Shown: positions 17,995-28,011 of the stretch, one piece after another
How the letters are laid out: each line of letters starts with the position of its first letter
How positions within the stretch are numbered: position 1 is the stretch's first letter
NCBI GenBank assembly: GCA_028716565.1
Contig: JAQUPL010000003.1
Location: 1,473 to 65,472, forward strand
Origin: Candidatus Omnitrophota bacterium
GTDB taxonomy: Bacteria; Omnitrophota; Gorgyraeia; Pluralincolimonadales; Pluralincolimonadaceae
Reading direction: 5' to 3'
Length of the DNA stretch: 64,000 nt
The notes under the pieces: model-generated
Database searches by the model: none
Told to the model about the DNA's origin: nothing
What the model saw: the letters and a program-made list of their open reading frames with translations, nothing else
Position numbers and translations under genes: made by a program

Positions 17995-18025
17995 GTAAAG
18001 GGGGAAACGATGCTTCCCCCTTTAC
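17995..18025 (+). repeat. Conserved hairpin, copy 1 (GTAAAGGGGGAA-acgatgc-TTCCCCCTTTAC)
   Basis: 12-bp perfect stem. Shares its GTAAAGGG/CCCTTTAC ends with copy 2. Confidence 0.5.
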
Positions 18026-18064
18026 GACAAATTTGCCCGGTTTTTAGGGCGAGACAAATTTGTT

Positions 18065-18140
18065 GCTGGCGTAGCTCAGTTGGTAGAGCAGCGGTTTCGT
18101 AAATCGCGGGTCGGAGGTTCAATTCCTCTCGCCAGCTCCA
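18065..18140 (+). tRNA. tRNA-Thr (CGT)
   Basis: Acceptor GCTGGCG/CGCCAGC. Anticodon loop TTCGTAA. CCA encoded. Confidence 0.8.
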
Positions 18141-18162
18141 TTCTTAAACCCCGGAACATTAT

Positions 18163-19422
18163 TTGGCGAGATTCAGGGAAGTCCTAAGCGAGCGTAATTT
18201 TTTCCTCCTCTGGGTGGGCCAGATAATCTCGCAATTCGGAGACAGGCTCAACCAGATGGCCCTGATAGCGATAGTCTACAGCAGGGCTCCCGGTTCCCCG
18301 TTCGAGCTCGCCAAATTCTTCTCATTCACTATAATACCCTCCTTTTTCGTGAGTCCGATAGCCGGCGCGTTCATAGACAGGTGGGACAGGAAGAGGACGA
18401 TGATCGGCTGCGATATCCTGCGCGGCCTGATAGTGCTTGTGATACCGGTCGCGTTCCTGGGCCTCACGCCCACATTCCCGATATACACCGCAGTGTTCCT
18501 TATCTTCGCGGTGAGCTGTTTCTTCCTTCCGGCAAGGCTCGCCATTATCCCGGATCTTGTCTCGAAAGAAAAACTGCTCGTAGCGAATTCTCTTTTTACG
18601 GTCACTTCGATGATAGGCGCGATATTCTGGTTTGTCATCGGTGGGCTCCTGGTGGAATTTTTGAAGGTAAAAGGCGGGTTATACCTTAACTCGTTCGTCT
18701 ACCTGATGTCGGCGGCGGCGATCGTTTTTATTACCGGCCACAGGCGGCAACAGAAGAAGGCGGAGGGATCGGTCGATATAGAAAAGATAATAGAGACGTC
18801 GATCGTCCGGGAGATAAAGGACGGGGCAAAATACCTGGCCGCACACAGCGAGGCGAGGTTCGCGTTCCGCATGCTCTTCGTCCTCATGGCCGGCGCGGGC
18901 GCGGCGTATGCCGTGGTGATAGTCTTCATCCAGGACGCGATGGGGTCGATGACCCGCGACTTAAGCCTCCTGGGATTCTTCCTCGGCGCGGGATTTTTTA
19001 TCGGATCGGTCGCCTATGGGAAGCTTGGTCACCGTTTCTCAAAGGCTAAATCGATATTCGCCTGCCTCATATTGTGCGGCATATCGATATGCGCTTTTAC
19101 GGCCGTCCTTAAGGGGACAAGGTCGTTTTTGGGGGCGTCTGTCGTGGCAATGATATTAGGCATTGCCATGGCGCCTATCGGGATATCGACGAACACCCTC
19201 ATACACGAGATGGTTGACGAGAAGATGCGCGGAAGGATATTCAGCTCACTAGGCATCGCGATGAACCTGGCGTTCCTCATATTCATGCTTGGTGCCGCGA
19301 AACTCGCCGAACGCGTCGACAGCGGCTGGATACTTTACGGGGTAAGCGTTTTTTATGTAATATCGGGAATACTCGGGTTCATAGACCTGCGTCTCTTTAA
19401 GGAGAAAGGCACCGATGCCTGA
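18163..19422 (+). CDS. MFS transporter
   Basis: 419 aa with about 12 TM helices and an MFS-like N-terminal signature. Confidence 0.6.
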   Translation: MARFREVLSERNFFLLWVGQIISQFGDRLNQMALIAIVYSRAPGSPFELAKFFSFTIIPSFFVSPIAGAFIDRWDRKRTMIGCDILRGLIVLVIPVAFLGLTPTFPIYTAVFLIFAVSCFFLPARLAIIPDLVSKEKLLVANSLFTVTSMIGAIFWFVIGGLLVEFLKVKGGLYLNSFVYLMSAAAIVFITGHRRQQKKAEGSVDIEKIIETSIVREIKDGAKYLAAHSEARFAFRMLFVLMAGAGAAYAVVIVFIQDAMGSMTRDLSLLGFFLGAGFFIGSVAYGKLGHRFSKAKSIFACLILCGISICAFTAVLKGTRSFLGASVVAMILGIAMAPIGISTNTLIHEMVDEKMRGRIFSSLGIAMNLAFLIFMLGAAKLAERVDSGWILYGVSVFYVISGILGFIDLRLFKEKGTDA

Positions 19423-20338
19423 TCACGACCTGATAATCATAGGCGGAGGGCCTGCCGGCCTGACCGCCGGGATATATGCCTCGCGCGCGCGGCTCAAGAC
19501 GCTTCTCCTGGAAAAGGCGATGCCCGGCGGGCAGATATTGACCTCGCCGCTGCTTGAGAATTATCCCGGATTCCCGGAAGGCGTCTCAGGAATGCAGATA
19601 ATAGAGGAGATCGTAAAGCAGGGCGAGCGCTTCGGGCTCACGGTAAAGATAGAGCCGGTCGTTTCCATGGAGGATAAAGGCAAAGGCGCGAAGACAGCCA
19701 GGACCGATAAGGATACGCATAAGGCGCCGGCCGTAATATTCGCGATGGGCGCGAGTTACGCCAAACTTGCGTTGCCTGGGGAGGACAGGCTGGGAGGCCG
19801 CGGCGTCTCTTATTGCGCGACGTGCGACGGGCCGTTGTTCAAAAATAAAGAAGTGGTCGTCGTCGGCGGAGGGGATACCGCGATAGAAGAGGCGCTCTTC
19901 CTGACGAATTTCTGCGCGAAGGTCAGCGTAGTCCACAGGAGGAATGAGCTGCGCGCGGCGAAGATACTCCAGGAGCGCGCGTTCGCGAACAAGAAGATAA
20001 ATTTCGTATGGGATTCGGTCGTCGCTGAAATATCAGGCGACCAGAGGGTAGAAGGAGTGAAGGTCAAGAACGTAAAGACCGGAGGGGAGAAGGCGATAGC
20101 GGCCCACGGCGTATTCATCGCGGTCGGCTTTAAGCCCCACACGGAATTAGCGAAAGGGCTTGTCGAGACGGACGAGAAAGGGTATATTATTACAGGGGAC
20201 GACATGTCGGCTTCGCGCGAAGGGTTCTTCGCTGCCGGTGACTGCCGTAAAAAACTCCTTTATCAATTCGTAACGGCCTGCGGTGACGGCGCCACCGCCG
20301 CCTTCGCCGCGCAGAAATATATTGAACAATTACGGTGA
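19415..20338 (+). CDS. trxB: Thioredoxin reductase
   Basis: IIGGGPAG, redox CATCDGP, second GG motif VVGGGDTA. Confidence 0.8.
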   Translation: MPDHDLIIIGGGPAGLTAGIYASRARLKTLLLEKAMPGGQILTSPLLENYPGFPEGVSGMQIIEEIVKQGERFGLTVKIEPVVSMEDKGKGAKTARTDKDTHKAPAVIFAMGASYAKLALPGEDRLGGRGVSYCATCDGPLFKNKEVVVVGGGDTAIEEALFLTNFCAKVSVVHRRNELRAAKILQERAFANKKINFVWDSVVAEISGDQRVEGVKVKNVKTGGEKAIAAHGVFIAVGFKPHTELAKGLVETDEKGYIITGDDMSASREGFFAAGDCRKKLLYQFVTACGDGATAAFAAQKYIEQLR

Positions 20339-20367
20339 GAGTACTTAATTCGGAAAAGGAGGGCAAG

Positions 20368-20778
20368 ATGAAGAGATCGATCGCGGTAATGTTGATGGTG
20401 CTGTTCGTTTCCGGCGTGTGCTTCGGCGCGAGCCCGGAGAAGAAAGCGAAGATCGCCGCCAAAAACTGGCTCGAATCCGTTGACCAGAAAAATTACGCAA
20501 AGAGTTATGACGATGCCGCCGAGTTCTTCAAGGTGATGGTAAAGAAAGACGAGTGGATAAACACGCTTACCAACCTGAGGAGCATGCTCGGGCCCGTGGA
20601 ATCGAGGGAGCTCATAAGTGAGAAATATCAGGAGAAGATGCCGGGCGCGCCGGACGGAGAATATGTCATCATCGTCTATAAGACAGATTTCAGGAAGAAA
20701 TCCGACGCCCGGGAAGTGGTAGTGCCCATGCTGGACAAAGACGGCAAATGGCGCGTCTCGGGGTACCACATCCAATAA
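20368..20778 (+). CDS. Secreted hypothetical protein
   Basis: RBS AAAAGGAGGG. Signal peptide MKRSIAVMLMVLFVSGVCFG. Confidence 0.5.
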   Translation: MKRSIAVMLMVLFVSGVCFGASPEKKAKIAAKNWLESVDQKNYAKSYDDAAEFFKVMVKKDEWINTLTNLRSMLGPVESRELISEKYQEKMPGAPDGEYVIIVYKTDFRKKSDAREVVVPMLDKDGKWRVSGYHIQ

Positions 20779-20805
20779 AGGCAGGTTAAAAACAGGAGGG
20801 ACAAC

Positions 20806-21135
20806 ATGGCTGAGGGCATACTGCAGTTGAAAGACGACAATTTTGACAAGGAGATAACACAGGCGAAGGGAGTGGCGCTCGTGGATTTCTGGGCGTCGTG
20901 GTGCATGCCTTGCAAGATGGTAGCGCCGGTGGTCGAGGCGATAGCCAAAGATTACGCGGGAAAAGTAAAGGTCGCCAAGGTCGAGGTGGACGAGGCCGGT
21001 GAGACGGCATCCCGCTTTAACGTGATGAATATTCCCACCCTTATAATATTCAAGGACGGCAAAGAGGCGGGTCGCGTCATAGGTGTCACGCCAAAGGAAG
21101 AGCTGGCTAGAAAACTGGACGCGCTGCTTAAATGA
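20806..21135 (+). CDS. trxA: Thioredoxin with non-canonical WCMPC active site
   Basis: 109 aa. VDFWASWCMPCKMVAP. Thioredoxin-length fold. Confidence 0.75.
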   Translation: MAEGILQLKDDNFDKEITQAKGVALVDFWASWCMPCKMVAPVVEAIAKDYAGKVKVAKVEVDEAGETASRFNVMNIPTLIIFKDGKEAGRVIGVTPKEELARKLDALLK

Positions 21136-21160
21136 ACCCAAAGACCAGGGGGAAACCGGG

Positions 21161-21760
21161 ATGAACTTCGCTGTCTTTTGCTCCGGACACGGAACGAACC
21201 TGCAGGCGGTAATTGACGCCTCGAAGAAGAGGCGCATCAGCGCGAAACTCGCGCTTGTCGTCTGCGATAATCCCGGGGCTTATGCGGTAAAGCGCGCCGG
21301 GAGAGCCGGCATACCGGTCGCCGTATTTGACCCGAAAGGTTTCGCCTCGGAAAAAGAGCTAGAGGCCGCGGTCGTCCGGGAACTCAACAGCAAAAAGATA
21401 AAACTTATCGCGCTCGCCGGGTATATGCGGATATTGAGCGATAGTTTCGTGAAGAGATACAGGAACAGGATATTGAACATCCACCCGGCGCTACTTCCGG
21501 CATTTAAAGGTGGACAAGCGATAAAAGATGCGATAAAATATGGCGTCAAAGTTACGGGAGCGACCGTCCATTTCGTGACCGAAGAGGTCGACGCGGGACC
21601 GATAGTCCTGCAGGCGGCATGCCCCGTAAAAAATAACGATAGCGAAAAAACGCTTCTAGCTCGTGTCCACAAACTGGAACACAAGATCTACCCCGAAGCG
21701 ATCGAGTTGTTCGCGAGGGGGAAGCTGAAGGCGGCAGGCAGGAGAGTAATAGTAAAGTAG
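21161..21760 (+). CDS. purN: Phosphoribosylglycinamide formyltransferase
   Basis: MNFAVFCSGHGTNLQAV...NIHPALLPAFKG. Confidence 0.75.
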   Translation: MNFAVFCSGHGTNLQAVIDASKKRRISAKLALVVCDNPGAYAVKRAGRAGIPVAVFDPKGFASEKELEAAVVRELNSKKIKLIALAGYMRILSDSFVKRYRNRILNIHPALLPAFKGGQAIKDAIKYGVKVTGATVHFVTEEVDAGPIVLQAACPVKNNDSEKTLLARVHKLEHKIYPEAIELFARGKLKAAGRRVIVK

Positions 21761-23218
21761 ATGTCGATAAAGTTTGGCACATCCGGTTGGCGTGCCGTAA
21801 TAGCCGACGGATTCACGTTCTCGAACGTAAGAAAAGCAGCGCAGGCGATAGCAGGCTACGTAAAGGCGCACCACCCTTCCAGGAAGGCCCCGCCCGTCGT
21901 AATAATCGGCCACGATACCCGCTTCGATTCAAGGGAATTCGCGTCTGCCGCGGCCAAGGTCCTTTGCGCGAACGGCGTGAAGGTCCTCCTTACCGAACGC
22001 GACACCCCCACGCCGGTGATCTCTTTCCAGGTTGTCCATAAGGAAGCCGACGGCGCCATAAACATAACAGCGAGCCATAACCCGCCCGAATATAACGGCC
22101 TCAAATTTTCGCCCTCGCACGGCGGCCCGGCCGAGCCGGAAGTCACGAAAGAGATAGAGAAGCGCGCCGCCAAAATCAAAGGCGAGGTAGAAGAGCCGTT
22201 GCCCTCGGAACTTAAATGCCGCATAGAAGAATTTGACCCCCGCCGGGCGTATTTCGCGCGGATAAAAGACCTTGTCGACCTCTCCGCGATAAAGAAAGCC
22301 CGCCTTAAAGCGGTCGTTGACGTGATGCACGGGACCGGCCGCGGATACCTGGACCGCATATTAACGGAGAACGGGTGCAAAGTCATATTATTGAACGACA
22401 ATCTCGACCCGCTCTTCGGCGGACACCCGCCGGAGCCGGCGAAGGATAATATAGGGAAGATGCTCCGCGAAGTGAAGAGGCACAAGGCCGACCTCGGCCT
22501 CGGCCTCGACGGCGACGCGGACAGGTTCGGGATAGTGGACGAGAACGGCAGGTTCTATACGCCGGACGAAGTAATATCGTTGTTATTCAAGCATTTGATC
22601 GATACGCGGCCGCGCCTCCCGAAGGTCGCGCGCACGCATTCGACGACGCGGCTCGTCGACAGGATAGCGGCCCGGTACGGCATCGAGGTCGTAGAGACGC
22701 CTATCGGTTTCAAATATATAGGCGAGGTATTAATGACCGGAGAATGCATAATAGGCGGCGAGGAGTCCGGCGGATTGTCGATAGCCAACCACGTCCCGGA
22801 GAAAGACGGGATACTCGCGTGCCTGCTGGTCGCCGAGATGGTGGCGGTCAGGGGCAAGAAGCTGAGCGCCATATTAAATGAGATATACCGCGAGTTCGGC
22901 AGGTCGTATCCGGGGAAATTGAACGTCAGGCTTACCGACGACCAGAAGGCGAGGCTCCTCCATATGCTCAAGAGCCGCCCGCCGAAAGAGATAGCCGGAA
23001 CGAAAGTCGCGAAACTGGACACGATGGACGGTTACAAATTTACCCTGGCCGACTCGAGCTGGGTCCTGGTCCGTCCGTCGGGCACCGAGCCGCTCATCAG
23101 GTTCCATTTCGAGGCGATGACCGCCGCGAAAGAGAAGAAATTAATAAAATATTGCGAAGACCTGATACACGCGATAAAGACACAGGTAAACGGGGTCCAT
23201 CCTCCGGAAGAGGATTGA
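21761..23218 (+). CDS. Alpha-D-phosphohexomutase (phosphoglucomutase/phosphomannomutase family)
   Basis: Active-site TASHNPPEYNGLKF. Mg loop DGDADR. GGEESGG. Confidence 0.75.
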   Translation: MSIKFGTSGWRAVIADGFTFSNVRKAAQAIAGYVKAHHPSRKAPPVVIIGHDTRFDSREFASAAAKVLCANGVKVLLTERDTPTPVISFQVVHKEADGAINITASHNPPEYNGLKFSPSHGGPAEPEVTKEIEKRAAKIKGEVEEPLPSELKCRIEEFDPRRAYFARIKDLVDLSAIKKARLKAVVDVMHGTGRGYLDRILTENGCKVILLNDNLDPLFGGHPPEPAKDNIGKMLREVKRHKADLGLGLDGDADRFGIVDENGRFYTPDEVISLLFKHLIDTRPRLPKVARTHSTTRLVDRIAARYGIEVVETPIGFKYIGEVLMTGECIIGGEESGGLSIANHVPEKDGILACLLVAEMVAVRGKKLSAILNEIYREFGRSYPGKLNVRLTDDQKARLLHMLKSRPPKEIAGTKVAKLDTMDGYKFTLADSSWVLVRPSGTEPLIRFHFEAMTAAKEKKLIKYCEDLIHAIKTQVNGVHPPEED

Positions 23219-23272
23219 GCGAAGCGAAACCCCGCACGGAGTGCGGGGCTAACCGCGGGATTGAGCGCGGGG

Positions 23273-23301
23273 TTGACATCCGTCGACGGATGTCTTAAAC
23301 T
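23273..23301 (+). promoter_or_regulatory. eno promoter (TTGACA, 17 nt, TAAACT) overlapped by a perfect 20-bp palindrome GACATCCGTCGACGGATGTC
   Basis: Palindrome at 23275-23294, seen directly. Immediately upstream of the eno start. Confidence 0.45.
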
Positions 23302-23305
23302 ATAG

Positions 23306-24850
<1,545 letters not shown>

Positions 24851-24861
<11 letters not shown>

Positions 24862-25336
24862 CGCCACCCAGGAAGTAAAGATCGACGATGTAGTTGATGC
24901 CGAGGTCATGAAGATAGCCGAGTTCGGCGCCTTCGTGAAATTCGGGAACAAGAAGGGCCTGATCCATATTTCGCAGGTCTCCGATTCCTATGTGAAGAAA
25001 GTCGAGGACCATCTTAAGGTGGGCGACAAGGTCAAGGCGAAGATAATAAAAGTTTCGCCTGACGGCAAGATAGACCTCACCTTAAAGAGCGGCAAGGAAC
25101 AGGCGTCGCGCCAGCCAAGGGGCCAGTTCCCCTCAGGCGGGCGCCCGCAGAGGGAACACGGAGGAAGGCGCGGCGGCCGCCCGGATTCGGGCTTCCGCGA
25201 GAACATGTCCTCCTCTCCCGAAGGGAAGTCCTTCAAGGCCTCGCCTTTTGAGGATAAGCTGAAGAATTTCCTTGTGGATAGCGGCGAGCTCCAGACCGAC
25301 ATCAAAAAACACGTCGAAGAGAAACAAGGCCGGTAA
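24851..25336 (+). CDS. S1 RNA-binding domain protein with RG-rich C-terminal tail
   Basis: The S1 fold pattern GAFVKFGNKKGLIHISQV...VGDKVKAKII. Confidence 0.65.
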
Positions 25337-25452
25337 TTCCCGTCTGATTTACCCCTTGCTATTAAGCAAAGGGTCTGCTATACTCTTTTACACAAGATTG
25401 GTGAATAGAAATTCGCTATTTTGATAACACTTCCGATTAGGAAAAGGGATCA

Positions 25453-25483
25453 GTAAAGGGAAAAACTACGTTTTTCCCTTTAC
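25453..25483 (+). repeat. Conserved hairpin, copy 2 (GTAAAGGGAAAAA-ctacg-TTTTTCCCTTTAC)
   Basis: 13-bp perfect stem. Same GTAAAGGG/CCCTTTAC ends as copy 1, with compensatory changes in the middle. Confidence 0.5.
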
Positions 25484-25526
25484 AGGAGACTCGTATAAAG
25501 TTTGACATATCTGACGAGTCGACTAT

Positions 25527-25603
25527 CGCGGGGTGGAGCAGCCTGGTAGCTCGCAAGGCTCATAACCTTGAGGTCAGAGGTTCAAATCCTCTCCCCGCTA
25601 CCA
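25527..25603 (+). tRNA. tRNA-Met (CAT), initiator-like
   Basis: First 27 nt identical to E. coli tRNA-fMet (CGCGGGGTGGAGCAGCCTGGTAGCTCG). The 1:72 pair is a C:U mismatch. The anticodon stem has only 2 of the 3 G:C pairs. Confidence 0.8.
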
Positions 25604-25716
25604 AATATATAAAGGCGTTAACTTTACGTTAGCGCCTTTTTTATTATTTAGGCCAAAAAAGTGGTAAAATAGCGGTAGTTTATGGCAGGGGGCATTTTTA
25701 CTAAAAGGGGAAAGAC

Positions 25717-26544
25717 ATGAGAGGCTTGAAGGTACTGATAGGCGCAGCAATGATAGCGTGTTGTTTGAGCAATGCAGGGCGGTGCGAAGATTTAAACAGC
25801 AGAAAGATGAATCCAATAATATCAGATTTAATTATCCGGTCGGTAGCCGGCAAGCTCCGTATTCCGGAAGAGAAATTCACGGTAGCCGATATCTCGTACG
25901 TCAAGTCCGGGGGCAACAATTATGCGGGTAATGCGAATGTTACCATGGCGGGCGCAGGAACGAAGACCACCTTCCGGGTATCTTATTCCATGATATCCGA
26001 TAATAGGACAGTTGCCCTGGTGTTAGACAATCCAACGTCGGCCATTCAGGCTGCTATCTCAAATGAAACGGATAAGGGATATCGCCTTCCCAGCGACAAC
26101 AGCCGGTCATCCGGAAGCGCCAAGCCGATCACTGCGCAATACGGCGATTTTAAATGGGGAATGCCTAAAGCAGAGGCCCGCGAATTAGCGCTATCCCAGG
26201 GCAAAGAAAACGTGAGTGTATATGCGGCAAATGACCCCGAAGGGAACATTTTTCAATTCGACGACGTTCTTCTTGATAAGCGCGTCATAGTAAAACTTTA
26301 TTTTACCCCAAACAGCGAAAAGCTTTTCAAGGTGTCAATAAAGGGTTTAGATGCTTTCCACGGCGATGCCCTGATCTCATCCCTGAATAAAAAGCACGGT
26401 AAATACGCGGCATCGATGCCGGATGAAAGATATTATTGGGGCAGCAGCAAGGAAGGAGACAGGATCGAATTATCAAAAGGAGAAGGCCTGTTACTTTATA
26501 GCAACGCGGAAGGCCTGGCGCTTGCAGAAAAAGAGAAACAATAA
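25717..26544 (+). CDS. Secreted hypothetical protein, lower GC than its neighbours
   Basis: Signal peptide. 275 aa. No motif recognised. Confidence 0.5.
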   Translation: MRGLKVLIGAAMIACCLSNAGRCEDLNSRKMNPIISDLIIRSVAGKLRIPEEKFTVADISYVKSGGNNYAGNANVTMAGAGTKTTFRVSYSMISDNRTVALVLDNPTSAIQAAISNETDKGYRLPSDNSRSSGSAKPITAQYGDFKWGMPKAEARELALSQGKENVSVYAANDPEGNIFQFDDVLLDKRVIVKLYFTPNSEKLFKVSIKGLDAFHGDALISSLNKKHGKYAASMPDERYYWGSSKEGDRIELSKGEGLLLYSNAEGLALAEKEKQ

Positions 26545-26586
26545 GTTAATCGGCGAATTTCCCCAAGAACTTGTATGAGAATTATT

Positions 26587-26615
26587 TTGACACCACAAGC
26601 CATTTGTGGTATAAA
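26587..26615 (+). promoter_or_regulatory. pur operon promoter: TTGACA, 17-nt spacer that is the palindrome CCACAAgccaTTTGTGG, then TATAAA
   Basis: Seen directly. About 100 nt upstream of purB. Confidence 0.5.
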
Positions 26616-26718
26616 TAATCGTAGCACAAGCCTTCATTAAACTAGAAATCCTCAAATAAGAAGAACAAATTATGTCCGAAGGACTCTCCTTTACGGGTTT
26701 TACACCTTTGGAGGGAAG

Positions 26719-28011
26719 ATGATCGAAAGATACACCCTGCCCAGGATGGGTAAGATCTGGGAAGACCAGAACCGTTTCCAGCGGATGCTCGACGTGGAGC
26801 TAATGGCCTGCGAGGCGTTCGCGAGGAAGAAACTTATACCAAATTCCGCATTATCCGAGATCAAAAGGCGCGCCCGCTTCGACGTAGACCGCATCAAAGA
26901 GATCGAAAAAGAGACCAAGCACGACGTGATCGCTTTCATAAAGAGCATCTCCGAGAACGTCGGGCCGGACGCCAAATATATCCACATGGGCCTCACCTCA
27001 AGCGATGTCCTCGATACGGGGCTCTCGCTCCAGATGAGGGACGCGGCAGATATCCTTATCGACGACCTCAAGAGGTTCCTCATAGCGTTAGAGAGAAAAG
27101 CCAAAAAATACAAGAACACCCCGTGCGTCGGCAGGACACACGGGGTGCACGCCGAGCCGATGACGTTCGGCCTGAAATTCGCGCTTATTTACGCCGAGAT
27201 ACAGCGTGATATCGCCAGGATGGAAGCCGCGCGCAAGGGGATAAACGTGGGCAAATTATCCGGCGCGGTCGGGACATTCGCCAACGTCGACCCGTGGGTG
27301 GAGGAATACGTCTGCAAACGGCTGAAGCTTGAGCCCGCGCCGATATCGACGCAGGTCATCCAGCGCGACAGGCACGCGCAGTTCCTGACGACTATAGCCA
27401 TAATAGGCGGCACGCTCGAGAAATTCGCGACAGAGATAAGGGCGCTCCAGAGGACCGAGATCCTCGAAGCGGAGGAGCCGTTTACCGAAGGGCAGAAGGG
27501 CTCATCGGCGATGCCGCACAAGAGGAATCCTGTGATATGCGAACGCATAGCAGGCCTCGCGAGGGTCCTGCGCGGGAACTCGCTGGCGGCGATGGAGAAT
27601 ATTTCGTTGTGGCACGAGAGGGACATATCGCACTCGTCTGTGGAGCGCGTCATAATCCCGGATTCGTGCATCCTCCTGGATTATATGCTGAACCTCGCCA
27701 CGGATGTGGCGATGCATATGGCTGTCTATCCGGAACGGATGATAGAGAACCTCGAGAGGACGAAGGGCCTGGTATTCTCGCAGAGGGTGCTTTTGGCGCT
27801 CATAGGCAAGGGGCTCACGAGGAATGAGGCGTATGACATGGTCCAGAAATGCGCGATGCGCGTCTGGAAGGAGAACATCGGGTTCAGTGCGATATTAACG
27901 GACGATATCGACGTCACGAAATACCTGACGCACGAGGAGGTGGAAGCCTGCTTCGACCCGGGCTATTACACCAAGAACGTCGACAGGATATACAAACGGT
28001 TGGGGCTATGA
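26719..28011 (+). CDS. purB: Adenylosuccinate lyase
   Basis: N-terminus ERYTLPRMGKIWEDQNRF. Fumarate-lyase signature SSAMPHKRNP. Confidence 0.85.
   Translation: MIERYTLPRMGKIWEDQNRFQRMLDVELMACEAFARKKLIPNSALSEIKRRARFDVDRIKEIEKETKHDVIAFIKSISENVGPDAKYIHMGLTSSDVLDTGLSLQMRDAADILIDDLKRFLIALERKAKKYKNTPCVGRTHGVHAEPMTFGLKFALIYAEIQRDIARMEAARKGINVGKLSGAVGTFANVDPWVEEYVCKRLKLEPAPISTQVIQRDRHAQFLTTIAIIGGTLEKFATEIRALQRTEILEAEEPFTEGQKGSSAMPHKRNPVICERIAGLARVLRGNSLAAMENISLWHERDISHSSVERVIIPDSCILLDYMLNLATDVAMHMAVYPERMIENLERTKGLVFSQRVLLALIGKGLTRNEAYDMVQKCAMRVWKENIGFSAILTDDIDVTKYLTHEEVEACFDPGYYTKNVDRIYKRLGL

Noticed and set aside
25600-26700. Lower-GC stretch after tRNA-Met as a second integrated island
   Set aside because: It holds a single secreted-protein gene, with no integrase and no repeat of the tRNA 3' end. 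It cannot be separated from ordinary compositional variation.
26622-26718. purB leader as a purine riboswitch
   Set aside because: It lacks the conserved purine-aptamer junction sequences by eye. Only a small uORF and a promoter palindrome were noted.
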